64,000 bases of DNA. Source: Candidatus Kapaibacterium sp. GTDB lineage: Bacteria; Bacteroidota; Ignavibacteria; Kapaibacteriales; UBA2268. This document shows, piece by piece, positions 47,604 through 57,482 of this stretch. Below the pieces are notes generated by a model. That model was not told where the DNA came from. It made no database searches and was given only the letters and a program-made list of their open reading frames with translations. The position numbers and the translations under genes were made by a program. Numbering within the stretch: the first letter of the stretch is position 1; every line of letters begins with the position of its first letter. Location: contig OY762428.1 in NCBI GenBank assembly GCA_963665665.1, forward strand, positions 448,001 through 512,000. The letters are read 5' to 3'.

Positions 47604-49727
47604 ATGGCTAATAACAGACAGTTGAGCATATTTAGCAGCGGCCCTATGGCCAAAGCAAAGGATTTTCTGGAGCCTATAGCTTCAAAAAATAAGGATCTTG
47701 TTTTGGCTGCCGGTGTTATTTTAATACTTGCCCTGCTTATCATTCCCATACCGGCAATGATGCTCGACCTGTTCCTTGCTATGAATATTGCATTTTCCGT
47801 CCTTATTCTTCTTGTGGCTGTATATCTTATCAGCCCTCTGGAATTTTCCGCCTTTCCCTCAATATTGCTTATTGCCACATTGTTCCGGCTTGGCCTGAAC
47901 GTTGGCTCCACGCGATTAATACTCGGCGAGGCAGATGCCGGAGAGATTATTAATGCCTTCGGTTCCTTCGTGATAGGAGGGAACTACGTTGTTGGTATAA
48001 TTATATTCCTGATATTATTGATAATAAACTTTGTGGTTGTTATCAAGGGTTCTACACGTATTGCCGAGGTTGCAGCCAGGTTCACACTGGATGCCCTGCC
48101 CGGCAAGCAAATGTCTATTGATGCCGACCTGAACGCGGGATATATCGACGAGCAGGAAGCACGGCGCAGACGCGAGAACCTTACACGCGAATCAGATTTC
48201 TACGGTTCAATGGATGGTGCAGCCAAGTTTATCAAGGGTGATGCTATCGCGGGATTGATAATTGCCGGTATAAATATACTCGGCGGTTTTGCAATTGGTA
48301 TCCTGCAAAAGGGAATGCCAATAACAGATGCTTTATCCACTTATACTATACTGACAATTGGCGACGGACTTGTTTCGCAGATTCCTTCGCTGTTTATTTC
48401 AGTTGCAGGTGGTATGGTTGTAACACGTTCAGGCGCCAAGAATCAGCTCGATAAGGAATTACTTTCCCAGTTCGGTGCCCAGCCCAAGGCATTCGCTGTA
48501 GCTTCCGGAGCATTAGGGCTTATTGCCTTTCTCCCGGGATTCCCGATGGTTCCTTTTCTTGCTTTATCCGCTGCAGCAGGATCACTTGCATATTTCCGTA
48601 CCAAGATGATGAAACAGAAGGAAGAAGACCGAATCCGTAAGGAAATGACGGAGGCCGAGGATGCAAGAAAACCCGAAGAACAGCCTGTTGAAGAATTGCT
48701 GAAGGTTGACCCTGTTGAAATTGAGCTTGGTTACAGCCTGATAGCACTTGTGGATGAAACCCAGGGCGGTGATGTATTCAAGCGTATCACTAATGTCAGG
48801 CGTCAGCTTGCCACAGAGCTTGGTATTATCCTTCCGCCGGTCAGGGTTAGGGATAATCTGCAACTTGAAGCAGAAGATTATGTAATTAAAATTCGAGGAA
48901 TTGAAATTGCCCGCAACACTCTGCATCCGAATATGCTATTGGCCATGGATCCCGGAACTGCTGACGGAAAACTCCGGGGTATTGAAGTAACTGAGCCAGT
49001 CTTCGGACTTCCGGCTGTATGGATTAGTATGTCCGACCGGGAAAATGCAGAGATAATGGGATATACAGTTGTTGAAGCTCCTACTGTTCTTACAACACAC
49101 CTGACAGAACTCCTGCGAAGCAATTCAAATAAATTGATTACCAGGCAGGATATCAAACATCTGATAGAAAACCTGAAAGGTGATTACCCCGCGTTGATCG
49201 AAGAAATTACCCCTGAAAATCTCCCACAATCAACCATTCAGAAAGTTGTTCAGAATCTTTTGAAGGAATCAATCCCGGTAAGGGATCTGCCAATAATTAT
49301 CGAATCATTGCTTGAATATTACAAAATAACAACCAATGTGGATGTGCTTACCGAGTATGTCCGCCATGGATTATCGGAAACACTACGAAAATTATACGAA
49401 GACAATAACGGTGTAATTCATGCCATTGGTATGGATCCGCAATTGGAACAGGAAATGACAAATGCCCTGCAGAAAAGTAACAGTGCAAATATCAGCCCTA
49501 CAATGGGCCTTCCTCCGGCTGTTGTTAATAATGTTCAGCAAAGTGTTTCGAATGCTATTGATGAGATTACCATGCTCGGTTATATGCCCGTTGTATTGTG
49601 TGCGGCCCAGGTACGCCCCTATTTTTACAGGATGATACACACCGCATTCCCAATGGTGTCAGTTGTCAGCTATACCGAACTACCTGCCGACACTGAAATT
49701 GAAATTCACGCGCAGATCAGTATTTAG
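47604..49727 (+). CDS. flhA: Flagellar export apparatus protein FlhA
   Basis: RIAEVAARFTLDALPGKQMSIDADLNAG, FYGSMDGAAKFIKGDA, LTIGDGLVSQIP, VRDNLQL, EPVFGLPAVWI. Confidence 0.95.
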   Translation: MANNRQLSIFSSGPMAKAKDFLEPIASKNKDLVLAAGVILILALLIIPIPAMMLDLFLAMNIAFSVLILLVAVYLISPLEFSAFPSILLIATLFRLGLNVGSTRLILGEADAGEIINAFGSFVIGGNYVVGIIIFLILLIINFVVVIKGSTRIAEVAARFTLDALPGKQMSIDADLNAGYIDEQEARRRRENLTRESDFYGSMDGAAKFIKGDAIAGLIIAGINILGGFAIGILQKGMPITDALSTYTILTIGDGLVSQIPSLFISVAGGMVVTRSGAKNQLDKELLSQFGAQPKAFAVASGALGLIAFLPGFPMVPFLALSAAAGSLAYFRTKMMKQKEEDRIRKEMTEAEDARKPEEQPVEELLKVDPVEIELGYSLIALVDETQGGDVFKRITNVRRQLATELGIILPPVRVRDNLQLEAEDYVIKIRGIEIARNTLHPNMLLAMDPGTADGKLRGIEVTEPVFGLPAVWISMSDRENAEIMGYTVVEAPTVLTTHLTELLRSNSNKLITRQDIKHLIENLKGDYPALIEEITPENLPQSTIQKVVQNLLKESIPVRDLPIIIESLLEYYKITTNVDVLTEYVRHGLSETLRKLYEDNNGVIHAIGMDPQLEQEMTNALQKSNSANISPTMGLPPAVVNNVQQSVSNAIDEITMLGYMPVVLCAAQVRPYFYRMIHTAFPMVSVVSYTELPADTEIEIHAQISI

Positions 49728-49872
49728 GTTTATTAAATTGCTTAAATTGTCAGGATTTCATGTTCATTAAGCAATTTAATTTTATATTCTCAATCAAATG
49801 GTTCCAATTGTCGAAACAGGCTAATAAAAAATTAATAAAAAAACATTTCTGGATTTTTAGATCAATGATAAC

Positions 49873-49880
49873 TATCTTTG
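49873..49880 (+). promoter_or_regulatory. TAnnTTTG -7 promoter element upstream of glgA
   Basis: TATCTTTG 41 nt before the ATG. Confidence 0.45.
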
Positions 49881-49921
49881 CTATTTGGAATCTTACACAT
49901 ATTGTGATTATATAATTTAGT

Positions 49922-51391
49922 ATGAATATATTATTAGCATCAGCAGAAGTTACTCCATTTGCAAAAGCCGGCGGCCTGGCTGACGTAGCATCCTACCTGC
50001 CGATTGAATGGCAGAAATTCGGGCAAAACCCTGTAGTGATAATGCCTAAATACAGCAGTATCGATATTGAAAAATATAATTTCCAGCCTACAGAATTGGT
50101 TCTTTATGTAAAGATATCATGGTGGACTGAATTTGCCCGGCTGTGGTATGGTGAACTTCCAGGGTCGAAAGTTCCGGTTTATCTGATTGAAAACGATGAT
50201 TATTTCAACCGCCCCGGAATATACGGAGACCCGAATGAATATGATGATAACGACAGGCGCTTTATATTTTTCAGTCGTGCGGTAATGGAAGCTGCGAAAG
50301 CTCTTAATTTCAGGCCTGATATCCTGCATGCACATGATTTTCATACTGCATTTACTCTTGCATTTCTTAAATCCCAATATGCCAATGATCCCTTCTTTTC
50401 AAAAACAGCAGCTGTCTATACAATTCACAATCTTTCTTACCAGGGATGGTTCAATCCCGAAAGAGCGATGGAATATTCAGGTTTTGGAATGAAAGAATTC
50501 TACAATGGTTCCTGGTTTGAAATGAACGGCGCGGTAAATGCAATGAAAACCGGTATTATGTTTGCAGACAAAATTACTACCGTCAGCCCCACTTATGCTC
50601 GGGAAATCCGTCACCCCTATTATTCCGAGGGACTCCAAAACATACTGAACCTTCGCGGCGAAGATCTGATAGGAATATTAAACGGTGTTTATTACGATGA
50701 ATGGAATCCTGAAAACGATAAATATATTACTCATAATTATAGCATTGATTCTCTGCCTGGAAAGATTGAAAATAAAATTTCCCTGCTAAAAGATTTTGGT
50801 TTGGATGACAATGATGATTTCGAAAAGCCACTTGTTGGTATGGTTACCCGATTAACAGAGCAAAAAGGAATAGATCTGATAAGGGACAAACTTGAAGGAT
50901 TCATAGCAAACGGAACCTTCCGTTTCATTCTTCTTGGATCAGGAAATCGCGAATACGAAGATTTCTTCAACTATATGAAATATAAATACCCGAAAATGGT
51001 TTTTGCCACTATTGGCTACAACAGCGAGCTTTCTCATCGAATTATGGCCGGCAGCGACTACCTGCTTCTCCCCTCCCGCTTCGAACCCTGCGGACTGACT
51101 CAGATGTACGCTTTGAAATACGGCACAATACCAATTGTAAGGCAAACCGGAGGCCTGGCCGATACCGTGAAAGAATATAACAATGAAAAGGGCAAAGGTA
51201 ACGGATTTGTTTTTCTACATTATTATTCCGAGGATTATGCCTATGCCATGCGAAGGGCCATGAGTATTTACAATGTTCAGCCACATTGGGATATTATCCG
51301 CAGGAATGCCATGAAATCCGAATATTCATCCGGCAAGTCGGCTCTGGAATACCTTAAAGTATTCAAATGGGCTTTGGAAAAAGTAAGGTAA
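49922..51391 (+). CDS. glgA: Glycogen synthase
   Basis: KAGGLADV, HAHDFH, TIHNLSYQG, TVSPTYA, PSRFEPCGLTQM, TGGLADTV. Confidence 0.95.
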   Translation: MNILLASAEVTPFAKAGGLADVASYLPIEWQKFGQNPVVIMPKYSSIDIEKYNFQPTELVLYVKISWWTEFARLWYGELPGSKVPVYLIENDDYFNRPGIYGDPNEYDDNDRRFIFFSRAVMEAAKALNFRPDILHAHDFHTAFTLAFLKSQYANDPFFSKTAAVYTIHNLSYQGWFNPERAMEYSGFGMKEFYNGSWFEMNGAVNAMKTGIMFADKITTVSPTYAREIRHPYYSEGLQNILNLRGEDLIGILNGVYYDEWNPENDKYITHNYSIDSLPGKIENKISLLKDFGLDDNDDFEKPLVGMVTRLTEQKGIDLIRDKLEGFIANGTFRFILLGSGNREYEDFFNYMKYKYPKMVFATIGYNSELSHRIMAGSDYLLLPSRFEPCGLTQMYALKYGTIPIVRQTGGLADTVKEYNNEKGKGNGFVFLHYYSEDYAYAMRRAMSIYNVQPHWDIIRRNAMKSEYSSGKSALEYLKVFKWALEKVR

Positions 51392-51392
51392 A

Positions 51393-52283
51393 ATGACCCG
51401 ACAAAACCAGGCATATATTTTTGCCCTGACAGCAATAGCACTTTGGTCTACTGTCGCTACAGCTTTCAAACTGACGCTTAGTGAAACCTCGCCTGTTCAA
51501 ATGCTCTTCTGGGCTTCGCTAACTTCGCTTTTAATATTCATATTCAATATTTTAATATCCGGAAAAGCCCGTGAATTGTCTGCTTTAAAGCTATCTAAAA
51601 TCCTTTTAATAGCTTTTACCGGACTTCTGAACCCGTTTATATACTATCTTGTTCTTTTCGAAGCTTATAATATTCTGCCTGCACAGCTGGCACAGCCCCT
51701 GAATTATACCTGGCCCCTGATGCTGGTATTACTATCATGGCCGATTCTCGGACAAAAATTCGGGATAAAAAGTATTTTAGCCCTGATTGTTTCGTTCACA
51801 GGTGTAATATTGATTGCCGGAAAAGGAAATTTTCTTTCTTTTGAATCAGGAGACCTGGCCGGAATATTTCTGGCTCTCGGGAGTTCCCTGATATGGGCAC
51901 TTTACTGGCTGATCAATATGAAATTCAGAGAAAGCGAATCAATAAAACTTGCTGTCAGTTTTGCATCAGGTACTTTTTTCATCTATATATGGATGCTTAT
52001 TAACGGAATTAATATCGATGTATCAGCGAATGGATTATTCGGGTCGATATATATCGGCCTGTTCGAAATGGGTATTACATTTTTCTTTTGGCTGAAAGCT
52101 ATGACATTATCCGAAAACAACTCAAAAATCGGAAGCCTTGTATTTCTTTCTCCCTTTTTATCTTTGATCTTTATTTCACTTATTTTGGGCGAAACAATCT
52201 ATTCAACAACAATAATCGGGCTTATTTTGATCGTTTTGGGGATTATTATTGAAAAATCAGAGAATAAGTTTAAGAAATCATAG
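51393..52283 (+). CDS. DMT/EamA family transporter
   Basis: About 10 hydrophobic helices; WSTVATAFK, LNYTWP, FLSPFLSL. Confidence 0.9.
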   Translation: MTRQNQAYIFALTAIALWSTVATAFKLTLSETSPVQMLFWASLTSLLIFIFNILISGKARELSALKLSKILLIAFTGLLNPFIYYLVLFEAYNILPAQLAQPLNYTWPLMLVLLSWPILGQKFGIKSILALIVSFTGVILIAGKGNFLSFESGDLAGIFLALGSSLIWALYWLINMKFRESESIKLAVSFASGTFFIYIWMLINGINIDVSANGLFGSIYIGLFEMGITFFFWLKAMTLSENNSKIGSLVFLSPFLSLIFISLILGETIYSTTIIGLILIVLGIIIEKSENKFKKS

Positions 52284-52362
52284 ATATTTATTGTTTTTTT
52301 TAAAAAAAATTCACATATTTATTTATATTTATTTCATCTATTTTGTTTTTCCGGAGTTTAAA

Positions 52363-52815
52363 GTGCCAAAAGCTAAGAGCAAGAAAAAAATCACGATACA
52401 TTATACTGCAATGCTTCCTGACGGAACAGAAATTGACAGTACCAGAGATTCCGATCCGGTAATTCTTACAATGGGCAAAGGGGAAGTTATTCCCGGCCTT
52501 GAAAAAGCTCTTACCAACATGAAAGCTGGTGAGAGAAAATCAGTGGATATCAGCTGCGATGATGCTTTTGGACCATACGACACAGACCTTGCCGTGGAAA
52601 TTCCAAAAGATGACCTGCCTGAGGAAATTGAACCGGAACTTGGTATGGAACTTGAATTTATTCCGGAACTGGAAAACGGCGAAGAAAATGAAGAGATGGA
52701 GCCAATTAATTTTACCATCATCGATATCAGGGATGATTCGCTTATACTTGATGCAAACCACCCTCTTGCAGGACAGGATATGGTTTACGAGATAGAAGTT
52801 ATCAGTATCGATTAA
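52363..52815 (+). CDS. FKBP-type peptidyl-prolyl isomerase (SlyD/SlpA-like)
   Basis: HYT..LPDG..IDST, VIPGLEKAL, AFG, LDANHPLAG; GTG start with GGAG RBS. Confidence 0.9.
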   Translation: MPKAKSKKKITIHYTAMLPDGTEIDSTRDSDPVILTMGKGEVIPGLEKALTNMKAGERKSVDISCDDAFGPYDTDLAVEIPKDDLPEEIEPELGMELEFIPELENGEENEEMEPINFTIIDIRDDSLILDANHPLAGQDMVYEIEVISID

Positions 52816-52840
52816 TATATCTGAAAATATATTTATTCAG

Positions 52841-52868
52841 GATCCCGGCTCATTTGAGCCGGGATTTT
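52841..52868 (+). terminator. Intrinsic terminator
   Basis: ATCCCGGCTC-attt-GAGCCGGGAT followed by TTT. Confidence 0.75.
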
Positions 52869-53059
52869 CTTGATATAGCATTTCTTGATATTTGATTATA
52901 CAGGCTTCATGAATATTTGAAAATCCTTTTTGAAAATTTAACACAGAACAATTACTTTGCGTTGAAATAATTCAACAAATGTTCAGATTATCGGGATAAT
53001 GTTTCATTTCTGACAGTTCAATTTTATTAAAAAAAAATTTATCCCTCATGTTTTAGCCC

Positions 53060-53168
53060 TGGTGCGTGGCATCTTAGCATTGGTGCGTGGCATCTTAGCA
53101 TTGGTGCGTGGCATCTTAGCATTGGTGCGTGGCATCTTAGCATTGGTGCATGGCATCTTAGCATTGGT
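53060..53168. repeat. 21-bp tandem repeat, about 5 copies (TGGTGCGTGGCATCTTAGCAT)
   Basis: Four exact units, one variant unit and a partial unit; no spacers. Confidence 0.95.
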
Positions 53169-53642
53169 TTGCACCATCAAAGTTGTATTTTTTCATAAAT
53201 TTTTGATATTTCGCCCAACAAGTTGATAAAACCCGGCATATTTTTCTTTGTCCGGCTCAATCAAGGTATTCACTCGTGCAGATATAATTATTTTTCGTAG
53301 GGAATTTCACTCAGGAAGGTGTCTGGATAAATTTTTAGATATGAAAAAAGCATTGCCATGAACAAGTTAACTGTAAAATAAGAAGCTATTTTGATTCTAA
53401 AACATCATCTTTTAAATTTACAGTTTAAATATTTTATTTAACATATTGAAATTAGCTTAGGGTTTATCAAAATTTTTCTTATAATATTAGTACTGATAGT
53501 TATCAGGAATGGGGCATTCGGCAGGCTGTCCGGTTGATGGCTTCAAAAACATTTATTCCTGATCAGTATCAATCTTTATTCAAACTTCTATTTTTATCTT
53601 CAATACCAATTAATTAATTTGCTTTTTGATTTGTAAACAATA

Positions 53643-54908
53643 ATGGTAACTAAAATGACAACATTGATCACAAATATAAGCAGCCTGATAACGGTTGATG
53701 CGAAAGGAAAAGAATTCAAGGCTGGCAAAGAGATGTCCGAGATCGGTGAGATTATAAATGGTGCTGTACTATTTGATGAGAATATAATTTGGGTAGGTAC
53801 TGCAGATGAAGCATCAAAGAAGATAAGCGACGGCAGTATAAATGCCGATAAAATTATTGATGCAAGCGGAAAAACACTAATCCCCGGATTTGCTGATTCC
53901 CACACTCATATAGTTTTTGGCGGTAACAGGTCGGGCGAGTTTGCCCGCAGGCTCAGAGGTGTAACTTACCAGGAGATAGCTGCCGAGGGCGGAGGCATCC
54001 TGACTACAATGAAAGGCACAAGGCAGGCAAGTGTTGAACAGCTTTATGAAACCGGGAAAAAACTTGCCATAAGCGCAATGAAGCACGGTACAACTGCTAT
54101 TGAAGTTAAAAGCGGCTACGGGCTGACTACCGAAGCTGAAATGAATCAGCTTTATGCCATCAAAAAGCTTAAAGAAGACCTGCCATTACATATTAGTACA
54201 ACATTTCTCGGAGCTCATGATTTTCCGCCTGAATATAAAAATGACAGACAGAAATATATTGATATTATATGCAAAGAAATGATTCCGAGAGTTGCTGAAG
54301 AAGGTCTGGCGGAATACTGCGATGCATTCATTGACAAGGGTTATTACACTCTTGAAGAGGGCGAGCAGGTGCTACAGGCCGGACTTGATCACGGACTTAA
54401 ACTTAAAGTTCACTGCGACGAGCTGGCTGACTTTGGTTCATCAGCATTGGCAGCAAAGCTTGGAGCCATATCTGCCGATCACCTTCTGTTTGTTTCCGAT
54501 GAAGGTATTGAAGCTTTGAAAAATGCCGGAACAGTTGCTACACTTTTGCCAGGAACTGCTTATTTTATAAGGATGCCTTTTGCACCGGCCAGGAAAATGA
54601 TTGAGAAAAACGCCATAGTAGCACTTTCAACTGATTGCAACCCGGGAAGCTGCTTCACGGAAAACCTGCAGATGATTATGTCATTTGCAGCTATTAATAT
54701 GAATATGACAGCAGAAGAATGTTTGTCTGCTGCAACCATTAACGGAGCTGCTGCTATTGAGCAATCAGACGAAAGAGGCAGCATCGAGATAGGTAAGAAA
54801 GCAGATTTTGCCATAATGAATGTACCAAGCTACACTGACTTATTTTATCATTTTGCTATTAATCATGTTGAATCAACCTGGATTAGCGGAAAGAAAGTGA
54901 ACCTGTAA
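53643..54908 (+). CDS. hutI: Imidazolonepropionase
   Basis: PGFADSHTH..FGG.R..EF, GGGI, EVKSGYGL, FLGAH, HCDEL, STDCNPGS. Confidence 0.95.
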   Translation: MVTKMTTLITNISSLITVDAKGKEFKAGKEMSEIGEIINGAVLFDENIIWVGTADEASKKISDGSINADKIIDASGKTLIPGFADSHTHIVFGGNRSGEFARRLRGVTYQEIAAEGGGILTTMKGTRQASVEQLYETGKKLAISAMKHGTTAIEVKSGYGLTTEAEMNQLYAIKKLKEDLPLHISTTFLGAHDFPPEYKNDRQKYIDIICKEMIPRVAEEGLAEYCDAFIDKGYYTLEEGEQVLQAGLDHGLKLKVHCDELADFGSSALAAKLGAISADHLLFVSDEGIEALKNAGTVATLLPGTAYFIRMPFAPARKMIEKNAIVALSTDCNPGSCFTENLQMIMSFAAINMNMTAEECLSAATINGAAAIEQSDERGSIEIGKKADFAIMNVPSYTDLFYHFAINHVESTWISGKKVNL

Positions 54909-54914
54909 AAACTG

Positions 54915-56264
54915 ATGAACGAAAAAAAAATAATTGTGATCGGGGCGGGAATTGCCGGGCTTTCTGCTGCTGCAAGCCTTGCCTCGAAAAATTTATGCCC
55001 GGTTCTTTTCGAGTCATCGGCAAAGATCGGCGGACGCTGCTATTCCTTTACAGACAAAACAACCGGCGAGATAATTGATAATGGCCAGCATTTAATGATG
55101 GGAGCTTATAAATCATTTTTAACTCTAACCGATATTATCGGAACCAGGGAAATGATGCGTTCAATTTATCCTATGAGCGTTCGTTTCAATGGTAGGAACG
55201 GGGAAAACGGTCGCCTGGACACATCCTATTTTCCGGGCCTTCCCGGTATGCTTGCAGGGCTTTTATTTTTCAGTTTACTGAATTTCAAAGATAAACTGCA
55301 TCTGATTAAATTGATTAGCCTTATAAGGTTTCATTTAGCAGGGCCCGGAAATGAAACAGTTTTCAATTTTTTAAAAAAATATAGTCAAACATCAAAAAGT
55401 ATTGAATATTTCTGGGAACCATTAACATTAGCTACTATAAATGCATCAATTGAAAGTGCTGATGCTTTTCTTCTTTGTCAGGTTGTCAGAAAGGCATTTC
55501 GCGGGGGCAGAGATTCTGCATTCCTGATACCCAGGACAGGATTAAGCGAAATATTGGCTCCGCTTCCGGATTATATTGAATCAGCCGGGGGAGAGCTTAT
55601 TCTCAGAAACGGTATTAAAAAGATTGTATTCACAGGCCGGAAAGCAGCAGGTGTGGTTGATGCTCAGGGTAATTACCATGCTGCTTCATCAATAATTACG
55701 GCAGTTCCGGAAACCGTGTTGAAAAATATTCTTCCGCAGGAAAGCCACAGAGAATTTTTCTTTGACAGATCTGATCTGGAATGGTCAACAATTATATCAG
55801 CTTATTTGTGGTATGATCAGGACTTTTTCGCTGCCAGAATGTCTGCTATGCTGGGCACTAATTCGCAGTGGATATTTAACCGCAGGGCTTTGTGTAATGC
55901 TCCTGAAATCGTAAAACATAATTACCCAGGGCATTACGAAATCACTATCAGCGCAGCAGATAAGTTAATAAATATGAATCGCTCCGAAATTGTTTCAATT
56001 ATTGATAAGGAACTGAAACAATGCTTTCTCGACGCGAATGAAGCCAGTCTTCTGCATTCATCAATATTTATAAATAAAAGGGCCACGCCCCTGTTAACTC
56101 CCGAAAACAGGAATAAAAGACAAAGTTTTCAATCACCCTATAAGGGGCTATACATAGCCGGTGACTGGACTGATACCCGACTTCCCGCAACTATAGAATC
56201 TGCTGCTTTCAGCGGATTTGAAGCCGCAAGGCTTGTGAAGAAGAATCATCTGAAGGATAAATAG
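54915..56264 (+). CDS. hpnE: Hydroxysqualene dehydroxylase HpnE-like FAD oxidoreductase
   Basis: VIGAGIAGLSAA, GGRCYSF, IDNGQH, AGDWT.T.LPATIESA. Confidence 0.8.
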   Translation: MNEKKIIVIGAGIAGLSAAASLASKNLCPVLFESSAKIGGRCYSFTDKTTGEIIDNGQHLMMGAYKSFLTLTDIIGTREMMRSIYPMSVRFNGRNGENGRLDTSYFPGLPGMLAGLLFFSLLNFKDKLHLIKLISLIRFHLAGPGNETVFNFLKKYSQTSKSIEYFWEPLTLATINASIESADAFLLCQVVRKAFRGGRDSAFLIPRTGLSEILAPLPDYIESAGGELILRNGIKKIVFTGRKAAGVVDAQGNYHAASSIITAVPETVLKNILPQESHREFFFDRSDLEWSTIISAYLWYDQDFFAARMSAMLGTNSQWIFNRRALCNAPEIVKHNYPGHYEITISAADKLINMNRSEIVSIIDKELKQCFLDANEASLLHSSIFINKRATPLLTPENRNKRQSFQSPYKGLYIAGDWTDTRLPATIESAAFSGFEAARLVKKNHLKDK

Positions 56265-56279
56265 CCGTTGATTATAAAG

Positions 56280-57338
56280 TCAATTTTTAATAGCTACAAT
56301 TATATCTCTTTTAATTGATCTATCTACTTTATGTTCGAACATATCATAAGGATGGGTATCTAATATCTCTAATCCTTCTTTACGGAACAGATTGGAAAGA
56401 TCAGTACGTGATATCAGAAAAGAATTCCATGCTAGAACAATTGACCCGCTTTTCTTCAATAGTTTTTTCCACTCAGAAAGGCACGATTCAAGCAGTTCCA
56501 GTGGGTTTCTGCTTGGGGATTTCTTTTTCCTGCCTGAAGAGCTTCCATGAAAAATACCATAAGGCAAATCACCAACTATTAAATGAAAACTCCCTGACGG
56601 AAAAAAGGAAGAACTAAATTGTGTGTCGGCGTTTATCATTCCGAATTTAAGTATATTCTGACCATTTTTGAAATCTTCCTTAGTTCTTGCAAATTCGAAT
56701 TCCTGGATATGCACGCCATCGGAATTTCCGTTGCCAGCAACTTTTCTTTTCGCGAAAGTATGTTTAAATCTTTCCTGCTCAATGAACTTTTTAAAGAATA
56801 CAATAGCTTCATGAACCTGCTTTTGGCTAATTTCCACACCGTAGGAATTAAATCCGTATTTCAGGGATTCAAACATGGTTGTACCTTTGCCTGCCACCGG
56901 GTCAAGTAGCCTGATTTTGTTTTTATAGTCGAAACCCGAAGACATCAATGCAACATTTATCATCATGCGTGTGAACAGTTCGTTTGTTTTTCCCTGGTAC
57001 TTCAGGATGGAACTTATCTTTCCATCGATAAATTCATTCGAAAGTATTCGAATAGGCAGTAAATAATCCTGCCCGTTAATTTGATCAAGACGGTAAATGG
57101 CAAAAACAAAGGAAAGCCCTGATATAATTGCAATGTCTTTTTCGATAAGTGGGGTTTCAGTATAAAAAGAAAGATATCTGATACCGGCAATCTCGGTAAT
57201 TTCAATTTTATCACAGGCTGATTCAAAGCTTTTTGAAGCAATTGTAAGTTCGGCAAGGGCAAGCTTATCAGAATAATTGTAATAAACTCTGTTGTGTCCG
57301 GGGTTTTGTAAAATCAGGTATTTCATATTCCTTTCCAT
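56280..57338 (-). CDS. TRM11/UPF0020-like SAM-dependent methyltransferase
   Basis: KYQGKTNE, LLDPVAGKGTT (SAM-binding), VGDLPYG. Confidence 0.82.
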   Translation of the reverse strand: MERNMKYLILQNPGHNRVYYNYSDKLALAELTIASKSFESACDKIEITEIAGIRYLSFYTETPLIEKDIAIISGLSFVFAIYRLDQINGQDYLLPIRILSNEFIDGKISSILKYQGKTNELFTRMMINVALMSSGFDYKNKIRLLDPVAGKGTTMFESLKYGFNSYGVEISQKQVHEAIVFFKKFIEQERFKHTFAKRKVAGNGNSDGVHIQEFEFARTKEDFKNGQNILKFGMINADTQFSSSFFPSGSFHLIVGDLPYGIFHGSSSGRKKKSPSRNPLELLESCLSEWKKLLKKSGSIVLAWNSFLISRTDLSNLFRKEGLEILDTHPYDMFEHKVDRSIKRDIIVAIKN

Positions 57339-57482
57339 TTATCTTGATTTCAATAGCTCAAAATAAATAAAATATGTCAATTCTGCATTTTTTAATTTTA
57401 TTAAATTATTTCGTATTTTATGATAAAACTATTCCAAGATCGTATATATTAATAGTTTATATTACTAATATCGGGCATAGAA

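Noticed and set aside
52249-52362. N-terminal extension of the FKBP ORF
   Set aside because: Overlaps the upstream gene and an AT-rich spacer; GGAG followed by GTG at 52363 is the better start.
53060-53168. Possible CRISPR array or plasmid iterons
   Set aside because: No spacers, and no rep gene or other origin features nearby.
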